Positions 33,233 to 41,880 of a stretch of 64,000 nt of DNA are shown in pieces (within the stretch, counting starts at the first letter, position 1; each line of letters begins with the position of its first letter). The position numbers were made by a program, and so were the translations under genes. The DNA is from Pseudomonadota bacterium. GTDB taxonomy: Bacteria; Pseudomonadota; Alphaproteobacteria; Caulobacterales; Caulobacteraceae. The DNA is taken from the NCBI GenBank assembly GCA_023412655.1, contig JAEYNH010000207.1:2964-66963 (forward strand), read 5' to 3'. A model generated the notes under the pieces. The model saw only the letters and a program-made list of their open reading frames with translations. It searched no databases and was not told the origin of the DNA.

Positions 33233-33958
33233 ATGGCGAAAGCGCCCGACATCTCGGTAGTTGTTCCGGTCTTCGATGAGGAGGGCGCCGCCCCGGCGCT
33301 CGCCCGGGAGATCGCCGCGGCCTTTGCCGGCCGCGACTATGAAATCGTCTTCGTGGACGACGCCAGCCGGGACGGCACGCGCGCCGCGCTGGCGGCGCTG
33401 AAGACGGAGATCCCCCAGCTTCGGGTGGTGGCCCACCGCCGCAACGCCGGGCAGAGCCGGGCCATCCGCACCGGCGTGCTGGCCGCCCGCTCGCCGGTGA
33501 TCGTCACCCTCGACGGCGACGGGCAGAACGACCCGGCCGACGGGCCGGGGCTGGCGGACGTGCTGGCGGCCGGTCCCGACGACCTGGCCATGGTCGGCGG
33601 CGAGCGGGTCAAGCGTCAGGACAGCCGGGCCAAGAAGATCGCCTCCAAGGTCGGCAACGGCGTGCGCAAGCGGCTGCTGAAGGACGAGGCCAACGACACC
33701 GGCTGCGGGCTCAAGGCGTTCCGGCGCGAGGCCTTCCTGCGCCTGCCCTACTTCGACCACATGCACCGCTACCTGCCGGCGCTGATGATCCGCGAGGGCT
33801 TCAGGTCGGAGTTCCGGCCGGTGAACCACCGTCACCGCGAGACCGGCCGGTCGAAGTACACCAACCTCGGCCGGCTCTGGGCCTCGGCCTCCGACCTCCT
33901 GGGCGTGATGTGGCTGCAGTCCCGGTCGCGGACGCCGGGCGGCTGGGACGAGGCCTGA
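33233..33958 (+). CDS. Polyprenyl-phosphate glycosyltransferase (GT2; ArnC/GtrB/DPM1-like)
   Basis: 241 aa. ISVVVPVFDEE...EIVFVDDASRDGT...NAGQSRAIRTG...VTLDGDGQNDP. Confidence 0.85.
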   Translation: MAKAPDISVVVPVFDEEGAAPALAREIAAAFAGRDYEIVFVDDASRDGTRAALAALKTEIPQLRVVAHRRNAGQSRAIRTGVLAARSPVIVTLDGDGQNDPADGPGLADVLAAGPDDLAMVGGERVKRQDSRAKKIASKVGNGVRKRLLKDEANDTGCGLKAFRREAFLRLPYFDHMHRYLPALMIREGFRSEFRPVNHRHRETGRSKYTNLGRLWASASDLLGVMWLQSRSRTPGGWDEA

Positions 33959-33976
33959 CCTAAGGGCAGAGCTCAA

Positions 33977-34045
33977 TCAGGCCCGATCTGTCTCAGGCCC
34001 GATCTGTCTCAGGCCCGATCCGTCTCAGGCCCGATCTGTCTCAGG
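33977..34045. repeat. Tandem direct repeat, 16-bp unit TCAGGCCCGATCTGTC x 4.3
   Basis: Units at 33977, 33993, 34009 (one T>C) and 34025, plus a partial TCAGG at 34041. The unit length is not a multiple of 3 and the array is intergenic. Confidence 0.95.
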
Positions 34046-34109
34046 TGAGGGCGCTGAACATCAGGGTGACGACGATCACGTCGAACGCCTTCAGCGCGAA
34101 TTGAATCAT
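34041..34109 (-). CDS. Candidate 22-codon hydrophobic small ORF (MIQFALKAFDVIVVTLMFSALT)
   Basis: Not in track (under 60 aa). ATG 34109 to TGA 34043-34041. 19 of 21 third positions are G/C, which looks coding for this genome. No clear SD. The stop codon is the first triplet of the tandem-repeat array. Confidence 0.25.
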   Translation of the reverse strand: MIQFALKAFDVIVVTLMFSALT

Positions 34110-34165
34110 GGCCCGGTCCGTGGTCGAAGGTTGTCCTCACGGCCAAGCAAGACCGGCGCCAATCC

Positions 34166-34480
34166 ATGGCCCTCTTCTTCGATGCGGACTGGTTCGACGC
34201 CCGGCTCTCGGAGCGGGGGCTTTCGCGCGAGGTGCTGGCGGCGGTGGCCGGCCTCGGCCCGGAGGACCTTGCCCTGGTGTTCAAGGACCAGCGGGAACTT
34301 TCGGCCGCCCAGGTGGCGGCCTTTGCCGAGCTGCTGGGCGTGGAGCCGGCTCAGGTGGCCGACCGCGCGGGGGTCTCGACGCCCGTTCCCGCCTCGGTCC
34401 CAGGCGAGGACGACCGGCTGGCGGCCTTGGAGAAGCGGGTGGCGGCGCTGGAGGCCGAGGTGGCCCGCCTGAAGCGCTAG
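34166..34480 (+). CDS. Small XRE-like HTH protein with C-terminal coiled coil
   Basis: 104 aa. ...LSREVLAAVAGLGPEDLALVFKDQRELSAAQVAAFAELLGV fits an HTH pattern. C-terminus is RLAALEKRVAALEAEVARLKR. High GC3. Confidence 0.6.
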   Translation: MALFFDADWFDARLSERGLSREVLAAVAGLGPEDLALVFKDQRELSAAQVAAFAELLGVEPAQVADRAGVSTPVPASVPGEDDRLAALEKRVAALEAEVARLKR

Positions 34481-34809
34481 ACCTCGGTCCTGGCCTTGCG
34501 GCCGGCCCGGGCGCGCCGATCCTTGGAGCCCGACCACTCCACCTTGTTGTAGGCGCCCCGGGCGGCCTCGATGTGCAGCGGGCCGGCCCGCAGGCCGCGC
34601 TTCTGGCCTTCCTGGCCCATCAGCTGGGCGGCGAACGCCGCATCGGCGTCGGCGCCCACCGGCGAGGGCTGGCGCACCGGCGAGGCGGGGACCACCACCG
34701 GCAGGCGCGGGGGATGCGGCTCGCCGGCGTCGTCCCGCGCGCCGTTCTCGGCTCTGACGACCTTGCCCACCTGGGCCGCGCGGCGGATGCGATCAATTCG
34801 GGACATCAT
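34477..34809 (-). CDS. Hypothetical basic protein
   Basis: 110-aa ORF, convergent with the previous gene (stops overlap in CTAG). No recognised domain. Coding status is uncertain, since a competing + frame is also open. Confidence 0.4.
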   Translation of the reverse strand: MMSRIDRIRRAAQVGKVVRAENGARDDAGEPHPPRLPVVVPASPVRQPSPVGADADAAFAAQLMGQEGQKRGLRAGPLHIEAARGAYNKVEWSGSKDRRARAGRKARTEV

Positions 34810-34870
34810 GTGCCTGTGGCTGCAATGGGCGGGCCAACCTCGACCTCCAACTCACCCCAACTCGCCGACG

Positions 34871-35509
34871 TCAGCCTTTCGAGGCCAGCTTGTCGATCTG
34901 CGCCTGCATCTCGGCCATCTGCTTGCGCAGCAGCGTAAGCGCCTCGTCGCTCGCCGGTTCCGCCTTGGCGGCGGGGGGCGGCGGGGCCGGCGCCGGCTCC
35001 GCCTTGGCCGCGGGGGCGTAGGCGAAGGGCGAGAACATCTTCATCGCCCGGTCGAACAGCTGCAGGTTCTGGCGGATCTGGTCCTCATAGGCGCCCATGC
35101 CCGCACCCATGCCCGCACCGGGCGCGACGCCCGCCCCGCTCATGGCGCTGCGCAGCCGCTCCTGCTGCTGGGCGAAAGAGGCCAGCGACAGCTCCAGATA
35201 GCTGGGCAGGAAGGCCTGCATGGAGTTGCCGTAGAAGCTGATGAGCTGGCGGAGGAACTGGATCGGCAGCAGGGACTGGCCCTGGCTCTTCTCCTCCTCC
35301 TCGAAGATGATCTGGGTGAGGACCGTGCGGGTGATGTCCTCGTTGGTCTTGGCGTCATAGACCACGAAGTCCACGCCCCGCTTCACCATGTCGGCCAGGT
35401 GCTCGAGGGTGACGTAGCTTGACGATGCTGTGTTGTAGAGCCGCCGGTTGGCGTACTTCTTGATGACGACGCGCTCGCCCTCGCCGCCGGATTCCTGGGT
35501 GTCTGCCAT
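34871..35509 (-). CDS. phaR: Polyhydroxyalkanoate synthesis repressor PhaR
   Basis: 212 aa. VIKKYANRRLYNTASSSYVTLEHLADMV...DAKTNEDITRTVLTQIIFEEE is the canonical PhaR N-terminus. Confidence 0.93.
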   Translation of the reverse strand: MADTQESGGEGERVVIKKYANRRLYNTASSSYVTLEHLADMVKRGVDFVVYDAKTNEDITRTVLTQIIFEEEEKSQGQSLLPIQFLRQLISFYGNSMQAFLPSYLELSLASFAQQQERLRSAMSGAGVAPGAGMGAGMGAYEDQIRQNLQLFDRAMKMFSPFAYAPAAKAEPAPAPPPPAAKAEPASDEALTLLRKQMAEMQAQIDKLASKG

Positions 35510-35551
35510 CCCTGATCCTTATGCGTAGGCCGGCTTACGGCCGACCTCGTT

Positions 35552-35562
35552 CTGCGCCGCAG
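35552..35562. promoter_or_regulatory. Candidate PhaR operator CTGC-N3-GCAG
   Basis: CTGCGCCGCAG lies 43 nt upstream of the phaR ATG in the phaR/phaA divergent region. It matches the palindrome reported for Rhodobacter sphaeroides PhaR (from memory). Confidence 0.4.
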
Positions 35563-35688
35563 TATCGCGGATGCGAGCGCATAAGCAAATGTCCTCGAAG
35601 GATTCGGGCCACAGGTCTTGCCCCCGGCCTTTGGCTTGCCGATAGAAGAAGCCGGGCCGCGTAGCATCAGTCTTCAGGAGCCGCCGTC

Positions 35689-36864
35689 ATGAGCGACATC
35701 GTCATCGTTTCCGCCGCCCGCACTCCGGTGGGCTCGTTCAACGGGGCCCTGTCCAGCCTTCCCGCCCACGAGCTGGGCAAGGTGGCGATCCAGGCGGCCA
35801 TCGAGCGGGCCGGCATTCAGGCCGCGGACGTGGACGAGGTGATCATGGGCCAGGTGCTCCAGGCCGGCGCCGGCCAGGGCCCGGCCCGTCAGGCCGCGGT
35901 CGGCGCGGGCGTGCCGGTGGAAAGCCCCGCCTGGAGCCTCAACCAGCTGTGCGGCTCGGGCCTGCGCGCCGTGGCCCTGGCGGCCCAGCAGATAGCCGAA
36001 GGCGCGTCCAAGGTGGTGGTCGCCGGCGGTCAGGAGAGCATGAGCCAGTCGCCGCACGCCGCGAACCTGCGCAACGGTCAGAAGATGGGCGAGCTCGGCC
36101 TGGTGGACACCATGCTGAAGGATGGCCTGTGGGACGCCTTCCACGGCTACCACATGGGCCAGACCGCCGAGAACATCGCCTCGCGCTGGCAGATCACCCG
36201 CGAGGACCAGGATCGCTTCGCGGTGACCTCCCAGAACCGCGCCGAGGCGGCGCAGAAGGCCGGCAAGTTCGCCGACGAGATCGTCCCGGTGACCATCAAG
36301 GGCCGCAAGGGCGACACCGTCGTGAGCGACGACGAATACATCCGCCACGGCGTCACCCTGGAGAGCATCGCCGGCCTGAGGCCCGCCTTCACCAAGGACG
36401 GCTCGGTGACGGCGGCCAACGCCTCCGGCATCAATGACGGCGCCGCCGCCCTGGTGCTGATGAGCGCCGATGAGGCGAAGGCCCGCGGCCTGACGCCGCT
36501 CGCCCGCATCGCCTCCTGGGCCCACGCTGGGGTGGATCCCGAGATCATGGGCACGGGCCCGATCCCTGCCAGCCGCAAGGCCCTGGAAAAGGCCGGCTGG
36601 ACGGTGGCGGACCTGGACCTGGTGGAATCCAACGAGGCCTTCGCCGCCCAGTCGATCTGCGTGGTCCGCGAACTGGGCCTCGACCCGGAGAAGGTGAACG
36701 TCAACGGCGGCGCCATCGCCATCGGCCACCCCATCGGCGCCTCCGGCGCCCGGGTGCTCACCACCCTGCTGCACGAGATGAAGCGCTCGGACGCCACCAA
36801 GGGCTTGGCCACGCTGTGCGTCGGCGGCGGCATGGGGGTGGCGCTCTGCGTCGAGAAGATGTGA
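35689..36864 (+). CDS. phaA: Acetyl-CoA acetyltransferase (beta-ketothiolase)
   Basis: 391 aa. Thiolase motifs [45 protein letters not shown]. Confidence 0.95.
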   Translation: MSDIVIVSAARTPVGSFNGALSSLPAHELGKVAIQAAIERAGIQAADVDEVIMGQVLQAGAGQGPARQAAVGAGVPVESPAWSLNQLCGSGLRAVALAAQQIAEGASKVVVAGGQESMSQSPHAANLRNGQKMGELGLVDTMLKDGLWDAFHGYHMGQTAENIASRWQITREDQDRFAVTSQNRAEAAQKAGKFADEIVPVTIKGRKGDTVVSDDEYIRHGVTLESIAGLRPAFTKDGSVTAANASGINDGAAALVLMSADEAKARGLTPLARIASWAHAGVDPEIMGTGPIPASRKALEKAGWTVADLDLVESNEAFAAQSICVVRELGLDPEKVNVNGGAIAIGHPIGASGARVLTTLLHEMKRSDATKGLATLCVGGGMGVALCVEKM

Positions 36865-36915
36865 GCTGACGGGGCCTGCGCCTGACGCCGGCGATCGCCG
36901 AATAGGGAGGTGAGG

Positions 36916-37641
36916 ATGGCCAGGGTTGCATTGGTGACAGGCGGCACGCGGGGCATCGGCCGCGCGATCGTCGAAAGGCTCTGCGCCGACGGCTTCAAGG
37001 TGGCGGCGGGCTATTCCGGCAATGACGAGGCGGCCTTCGCCTGCGCCAAGGCCCTCGGCGTCATGGTGGTGAAGGGCAACGTCGGGGTGTTCGAGGACTG
37101 CCAGCGGGCGGTGCGCGAGGTGGAGGCCGAGCTGGGGCCGGTGGACGTGCTGGTGAACAACGCCGGCATCACCCGGGACGGCTTCTTCCACAAGATGAGC
37201 CCCGAACAGTGGAGCGAGGTCATCCGGGTGAACATGGATTCGCTCTTCAACATGACCCGCCAGGTGATCGAGGGCATGCGCGAGCGTGAATGGGGCCGGG
37301 TCATCAACATCAGCTCGATCAACGGCCAGAAGGGCCAGCTGGGCCAGACCAACTATTCGGCCGCCAAGGCCGGGGTGATCGGCTTCACCAAGGCTCTGGC
37401 GCTGGAGAACGCCCGCAAGGGTGTGACCGTGAACTGCGTGGCCCCGGGCTATGTGGACACCGAAATGGTGCAGGCGGTGCCGCCCAAGGTGCTGGAGGCC
37501 ATCATCGGCCAGATCCCGGCGGGGCGCCTTGGCCGCGGGGAGGAGATCGCCGATGCGGTCTCGTTCCTGGCCGGAGACCGGGCGGGCTATGTGAACGGAA
37601 CGACGCTTTCGCTGAATGGCGGTCAATATCTGGTGGGATGA
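36916..37641 (+). CDS. phaB: Acetoacetyl-CoA reductase
   Basis: SDR: [15 protein letters not shown]..., [29 protein letters not shown] lies 5 nt upstream of ATG 36916. Confidence 0.93.
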   Translation: MARVALVTGGTRGIGRAIVERLCADGFKVAAGYSGNDEAAFACAKALGVMVVKGNVGVFEDCQRAVREVEAELGPVDVLVNNAGITRDGFFHKMSPEQWSEVIRVNMDSLFNMTRQVIEGMREREWGRVINISSINGQKGQLGQTNYSAAKAGVIGFTKALALENARKGVTVNCVAPGYVDTEMVQAVPPKVLEAIIGQIPAGRLGRGEEIADAVSFLAGDRAGYVNGTTLSLNGGQYLVG

Positions 37642-37696
37642 CGGCCTCCGAGACGTCCAAAAAGCGCCCCGATCCCCGGGCATCTGCTCGGTAATC

Positions 37697-38461
37697 ATGA
37701 CGGGCGAGCCGACGGCGTCCAGGAAAGTGGTCTTGGTGGCGCTGTTCGCAGCGCTGGCGACCGGATTCGCCGTTCCGGCGGCGGCGCAGGAGGGCCTGCG
37801 CGAGGGACTGTTCGGCAAGCACGCGGGCCCCGGCCGCAATATTCAGCCGCCGCCCGTCGCGCGCTACGTCTCCGAGGACGGCCGGGTCTTCGTCCTGGAC
37901 CGCACGCAGGGGCGGCCGCTGCTGAAGTTCGAGGACAGCCCCGAGGTCTGGGCTCTGCAATCCATGCCGGCCCCCCGGGGCGACGTGATCTACAAGAACG
38001 ACCTGGGCGAGCCGGTGCTGCGGGCCACTCGGCTGGGCGGGGTGACGGTCTTCACCGACACCCGGCCCGGCGGGGCAGCCGCCGCCCTCAGCGGCGACGG
38101 GCCGCCCCTGCGGCTCGCGCCCCTCGGTCCCCAGGCCCTGCTGGAACGCCTGGCCCAGGCCAGCCTGCGGGCCAGCCGCGCCGCCCGCCGCACTATCCTC
38201 TTCGAGGCCGAGGCCACGCCTGCTTCATCCGCCCTCATCGCGGACGCCGCCACCGTCACCAGCGTCGCCGTGGTGCGAATGGCTCGCCGCAAGGACGCCC
38301 GCGCGCTGATGGGCCAGTTCAACAAGGTGGTGCTGGTGGAGGGCAAGAAGGCCCAGGCGGTGATCCAGGACGATGTCCTGCGCATCACCGTCGCCCCCGC
38401 TCACGGCCTGGCGGGCCGTCCGTCCTCAGAACGGATCATCCGGGTGGCCGCCGGCCACTAG
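37697..38461 (+). CDS. Exported protein of unknown function (DUF4908-like)
   Basis: ATG 37697. Signal peptide MTGEPTASRKVVLVALFAALATGFAVPAAAQ. The DUF4908 assignment is from memory only. Confidence 0.6.
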   Translation: MTGEPTASRKVVLVALFAALATGFAVPAAAQEGLREGLFGKHAGPGRNIQPPPVARYVSEDGRVFVLDRTQGRPLLKFEDSPEVWALQSMPAPRGDVIYKNDLGEPVLRATRLGGVTVFTDTRPGGAAAALSGDGPPLRLAPLGPQALLERLAQASLRASRAARRTILFEAEATPASSALIADAATVTSVAVVRMARRKDARALMGQFNKVVLVEGKKAQAVIQDDVLRITVAPAHGLAGRPSSERIIRVAAGH

Positions 38462-38478
38462 GCCCGCCGCGGGCCCGT

Positions 38479-39240
38479 TCAGCCGCGGAACACGTCCTTG
38501 GCCGCCCGCACGGCGGCGAAGGCCTTGAAGTCCGGCTCCCCCACGGCGCCCAGCCGTCCGGCCAGGGCCGGCGCCCGCAGGAACGGATTGGTGGCCTTTT
38601 CCAGGCCGATCGTCGTCGGCACCGTCGGCTCGCCCCGGGCGCGGGCGGCGAAGATCGCCTCGGCCCGGGCCTTCAGGTCCGGCCCGTCATCCACCGACAG
38701 GGCGAAGCGGGCGTTCGACGCGGTGTATTCGTGGGCGCAATAGACCCGGGTGTCGTCGGGCAGTTCGGCCAGGCGCTGCAGGCTGGCCCACATCTGCTCG
38801 GGGCTGCCCTCGAACAGCCGCCCGCATCCCAGGGCGAACAGGGTGTCGCCCACAAAGGCGATGCCGTCGTTGGCGTCGTAATAGGCCACATGGCCCAGGG
38901 TGTGGCCGCCGCTTTCGATCACCTGGAACCGGGTCTCGCCCAGCATCACCTCGTCGCCGCCCTGCACCTCGCGGTCCAGAGGGGCGATCCGCGTCACCTC
39001 CTTGGGGCCGACGATCTTCGCCCCGGTGGCGGCCTGGATCTCGGCGTTGCCGCCGGCGTGGTCGGGGTGCCAGTGGGTGTTGAGGATCAGGGCCAGCGGC
39101 CAGTCCAGCCGGGCCAGTTCGCGCAGGATGGCGCCCGACTCCGGCGTGTCCACGCAGGCGGCCAGGCCCGAGGCCTCGTCGCGCACCAGGAAGCCGTAGT
39201 TGTCCTCGAGACACGGGAACTGGTGAACCGTCAGCGGCAT
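38479..39240 (-). CDS. gloB: Hydroxyacylglutathione hydrolase (glyoxalase II)
   Basis: ATG 39240 (MPLTVHQFPCLEDNYGFLV...). Metallo-beta-lactamase motif THWHPDHAGGN. HAGH C-terminal region. Confidence 0.9.
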   Translation of the reverse strand: MPLTVHQFPCLEDNYGFLVRDEASGLAACVDTPESGAILRELARLDWPLALILNTHWHPDHAGGNAEIQAATGAKIVGPKEVTRIAPLDREVQGGDEVMLGETRFQVIESGGHTLGHVAYYDANDGIAFVGDTLFALGCGRLFEGSPEQMWASLQRLAELPDDTRVYCAHEYTASNARFALSVDDGPDLKARAEAIFAARARGEPTVPTTIGLEKATNPFLRAPALAGRLGAVGEPDFKAFAAVRAAKDVFRG

Positions 39241-39304
39241 CTTCCGAACTCCTGCAAGAGGTTTAGGCTGGCCGTAAGCCTGCGTCGAGCATACCTCGGG
39301 AACC

Positions 39305-40108
39305 ATGCGAAGGGACGTCCTGGAACTGCGCCGGTTCTATGCCTCGGACCTGGGCCGCGCCGCCCGGGCGATGGTGGAGCGCAAGCTGGTGGAGGCCTGG
39401 GGCGACGCCCACGGGCTGGACGTGCTGACCCTGGGCTACGGCACGCCCTTCGTCGGGGCGTTCCGGCCGGCGGCGCGCCGGGTGGTGGCCGCCATGCCCG
39501 CCCAGCAGGGGGTGGAGATCTGGCCGCCCGACGGGCGCAACCTGGCGGTCCTGACCCCCGAGGACGCCCTGCCGTTCCGCAACGCCCTGTTCGACCGCAT
39601 CCTGGTGGTTCACGCCATCGAGGAGAGCGCCGATCCGGTCGGCTTGCTCAAGGAGGTGTGGCAGGTGATGGCGCCCTCGGGCCGGGTGATCGTCACCGTC
39701 GCCTCCCGCAACGGCCTGTGGGCCAACACCGAGAAGACCCCCTTCGGCCACGGCCGGCCCTACAGCCGCAGCCAACTGGCCGAACTGCTGCGCGAGGCGG
39801 GGCTGGAGCCCTCGGGCTGGACCCGGGCGCTCTACGTGCCGCCGGTGAACTGGATGGCCCGCTGGGCCGAGGGCTTCGAGCAGGCCGGCTCGCGCCTGTG
39901 GCCCGGGTTCGCGGGCCTGGTGCTCATGGAAGCGGTGAAGCAGACCTACGCCGTCAAGCCCAAGGGCGTGCGGGTGAAGGCGAAGGTGGCGCGGCCGGTG
40001 CTCGCCCCCACGCCGGCGGGTGCGCCTGTGTCGCGGCTGCCTCTTCCGCAGGCGCCTGAGCCGCCCGGGGTTCACAGGCCCTTGGCGAAGCCCCGGCGAA
40101 AGTCTTAG
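39305..40108 (+). CDS. Class I SAM-dependent methyltransferase
   Basis: 267 aa. ...VLTLGYGTPF..., FDRILVVHAIEESADPVGLLKEVWQVMAPSGRVIV (methyltransferase type 11-like). Divergent from gloB, a common alphaproteobacterial synteny. Confidence 0.7.
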   Translation: MRRDVLELRRFYASDLGRAARAMVERKLVEAWGDAHGLDVLTLGYGTPFVGAFRPAARRVVAAMPAQQGVEIWPPDGRNLAVLTPEDALPFRNALFDRILVVHAIEESADPVGLLKEVWQVMAPSGRVIVTVASRNGLWANTEKTPFGHGRPYSRSQLAELLREAGLEPSGWTRALYVPPVNWMARWAEGFEQAGSRLWPGFAGLVLMEAVKQTYAVKPKGVRVKAKVARPVLAPTPAGAPVSRLPLPQAPEPPGVHRPLAKPRRKS

Positions 40109-40138
40109 CTTTGTTCAGGAAACCGGAGTTTTCGGCGC

Positions 40139-40483
40139 ATGAAGCTGATCATCGCGGTCATCAAGCCCAGCCGCCTCGACGCCGTGCTCGACGCGGTGAC
40201 CGAGGCCGGCGCCTCGGGCCTCACCGTCACTGAGGTGCGCGGCTATGGCCGCCAGCGCGGCAAGACCGAGGTCTATAGGGGCGCCGAGTACGAGGTGAAG
40301 CTGCTGCCCAAGGTCAAGCTGGAGATCGCCGCGCCCGCCGATATCGTCGATGCGGTGATCGAGGCCGTCCAGCGCGCCGCCAACACCGGCAAGATCGGCG
40401 ACGGCAAGGTGTTCGTCCTCGACCTGGAACAGGCCCTGCGCATCCGCACCGGCGAGGCCGGCGCCGCCGCCATCACCGGCTAG
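40139..40483 (+). CDS. P-II nitrogen regulatory protein (GlnB/GlnK family)
   Basis: 114 aa. MKLIIAVIKPSRLDAV...GYGRQRGKTEVYRGAEY (T-loop Tyr) ...GDGKVFV. Not adjacent to glnA or amtB. Confidence 0.9.
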   Translation: MKLIIAVIKPSRLDAVLDAVTEAGASGLTVTEVRGYGRQRGKTEVYRGAEYEVKLLPKVKLEIAAPADIVDAVIEAVQRAANTGKIGDGKVFVLDLEQALRIRTGEAGAAAITG

Positions 40484-40499
40484 GCGCGCTCCCGGCCCG

Positions 40500-41483
40500 T
40501 CAGGGGACGGTCAGAACCACCTTGCCCACGTGCCCGCCGGCTTCCAGGTAGGCGTGGGCGGCGGCCGCCTCGGCCAGGGGGAAGGTGCGGTCCACCTGCG
40601 GGGCGACCTTGCCGGCGGCGATCCACGGCCAGACCACGCGCTCGACCTCCGCCGCCAGCCGGGCCTTCTCGTCGGCGTCCCGCGGCCGCAGGGTGGAGCC
40701 GGTGATCACCGCCCGCTTCTGCATGATCCGGAAGATCGGCACGGTGATCTCCCCGCCCGCCTGGGCCGCGATGTAGACGATCCGGCCGCCGGTGTTCAGC
40801 GCCTCCAGGTTCCTGGCGAAATAATCGCCGCCCACCATGTCCAGCACCACGTCCGCCCCGCCCGCCGCCCGGGCGATCTCGGCGAAGTCCTGGGCGGCGG
40901 CGTCCACCGCCACGTCCGCCCCCAACGCCAGGGCTGCGCCCGCCTTGTCCGCCCCCCGGGCGGTGGCGATCACCTTGGCGCCCGCCGCCTTGGCCATCTG
41001 GATGGCCGTGGTCCCGATCCCCGAGGTGGCCCCGTGCAGCAGCAGCGTCTCGCCGGCCTTCAGGGCGCCGTGCTCGAAGACGTTGGCATAGACGGTGAAC
41101 ACCGTCTCCGGCAGGCCGGCCGCGGCCTCGAAGGACAGGCCCTCGGGCATCGGCAGGGCGTGGCGTGCGTCGCACACGGCGTATTCCGCATAGCCGCCCC
41201 CGCCCAGCAGGGCGCAGACCCGGTCGCCAGCCTTCCAGCGCCCCGCGCCCTTCACCACCTCGCCGGCCACTTCCAGGCCCAGGGTGTCGGGCGCGCCGGG
41301 CGGCGGCGGATAGAAGCCGTTGCGCTGGACGATGTCGGGCCGGTTGACCCCGGCGGCGCGCACGCGGATCAGCACCTCTCCGGCCTTGGGCGGCGGGACC
41401 TGCGCCTTCACGGCCTTCAGCGCCGAAGCCGGCCCCTTGCCGCCCTCCACGGCGATGGCGGTCATTTCGGCGACGTCGTCCAT
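40500..41483 (-). CDS. NAD(P)H:quinone oxidoreductase (MDR/zeta-crystallin family)
   Basis: Start ATG 41483 (MDDVAEM..) or 41465 (MTAIAVEGG..). RVRAAGVNRPDIVQRNGFYPPPPGAPDTLGLEVAGEV..., GATSGIGTTAIQ. Confidence 0.88.
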   Translation of the reverse strand: MDDVAEMTAIAVEGGKGPASALKAVKAQVPPPKAGEVLIRVRAAGVNRPDIVQRNGFYPPPPGAPDTLGLEVAGEVVKGAGRWKAGDRVCALLGGGGYAEYAVCDARHALPMPEGLSFEAAAGLPETVFTVYANVFEHGALKAGETLLLHGATSGIGTTAIQMAKAAGAKVIATARGADKAGAALALGADVAVDAAAQDFAEIARAAGGADVVLDMVGGDYFARNLEALNTGGRIVYIAAQAGGEITVPIFRIMQKRAVITGSTLRPRDADEKARLAAEVERVVWPWIAAGKVAPQVDRTFPLAEAAAAHAYLEAGGHVGKVVLTVP

Positions 41484-41563
41484 GCTGTGCTCCAAACTTG
41501 CGTGCAGGCCCTTTGCGCGGTCTGATAGCGCCCACGGCTGGGGATCGGAAGGAGCGACAGGCC

Positions 41564-41767
41564 ATGGAAGAGCCTGCAGACGTTCGGGTCGCCCGCGGGC
41601 AGCGCCTGGCGGAGGCGGTCCGCGAGGACCTGGAACTTTACGGCGCCGCCGAGCTGGAGGAGCGGATCGAGATCCTGCGCTCCGAGATCGCCCGGGTGCA
41701 GGCCCAGCTCGACCGCAAGCGTGCAGGCCGGGCGGCGGCCGACGCCCTGTTCTCCCCAAGAAGCTGA
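41564..41767 (+). CDS. DUF1192 family protein
   Basis: ATG 41564. 67 aa. ...YGAAELEERIEILRSEIARVQAQLDRKRAGRAAADALF is the typical DUF1192 coiled coil. Confidence 0.75.
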   Translation: MEEPADVRVARGQRLAEAVREDLELYGAAELEERIEILRSEIARVQAQLDRKRAGRAAADALFSPRS

Positions 41768-41880
41768 CCTGCGCCCACAAGCCGCTGTCCGGCGCCCTGG
41801 CATGGTGGTTGCACGAAGCGGGACGAACGGATCAATAGCGTGTCAGATGCGGAAGCTGGCGCGGAAGAGCTGAACAGACG

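Noticed and set aside
33977-34045. Possibility that the 16-bp tandem repeats are a CRISPR array.
   Set aside because: The units are directly abutting with no spacers and are only 16 bp long. No cas genes are present in the window.
34009-34284. A 91-aa minus-strand ORF covering the repeat array and the HTH gene start.
   Set aside because: It reads through non-triplet tandem repeats and overlaps the better-supported plus-strand gene. Its composition is low-complexity Arg/Ser-rich.
34166-34809. Possibility that the two small genes form a toxin-antitoxin pair.
   Set aside because: They are convergent (stops overlap in CTAG) rather than co-transcribed, and neither resembles a known toxin or antitoxin family.
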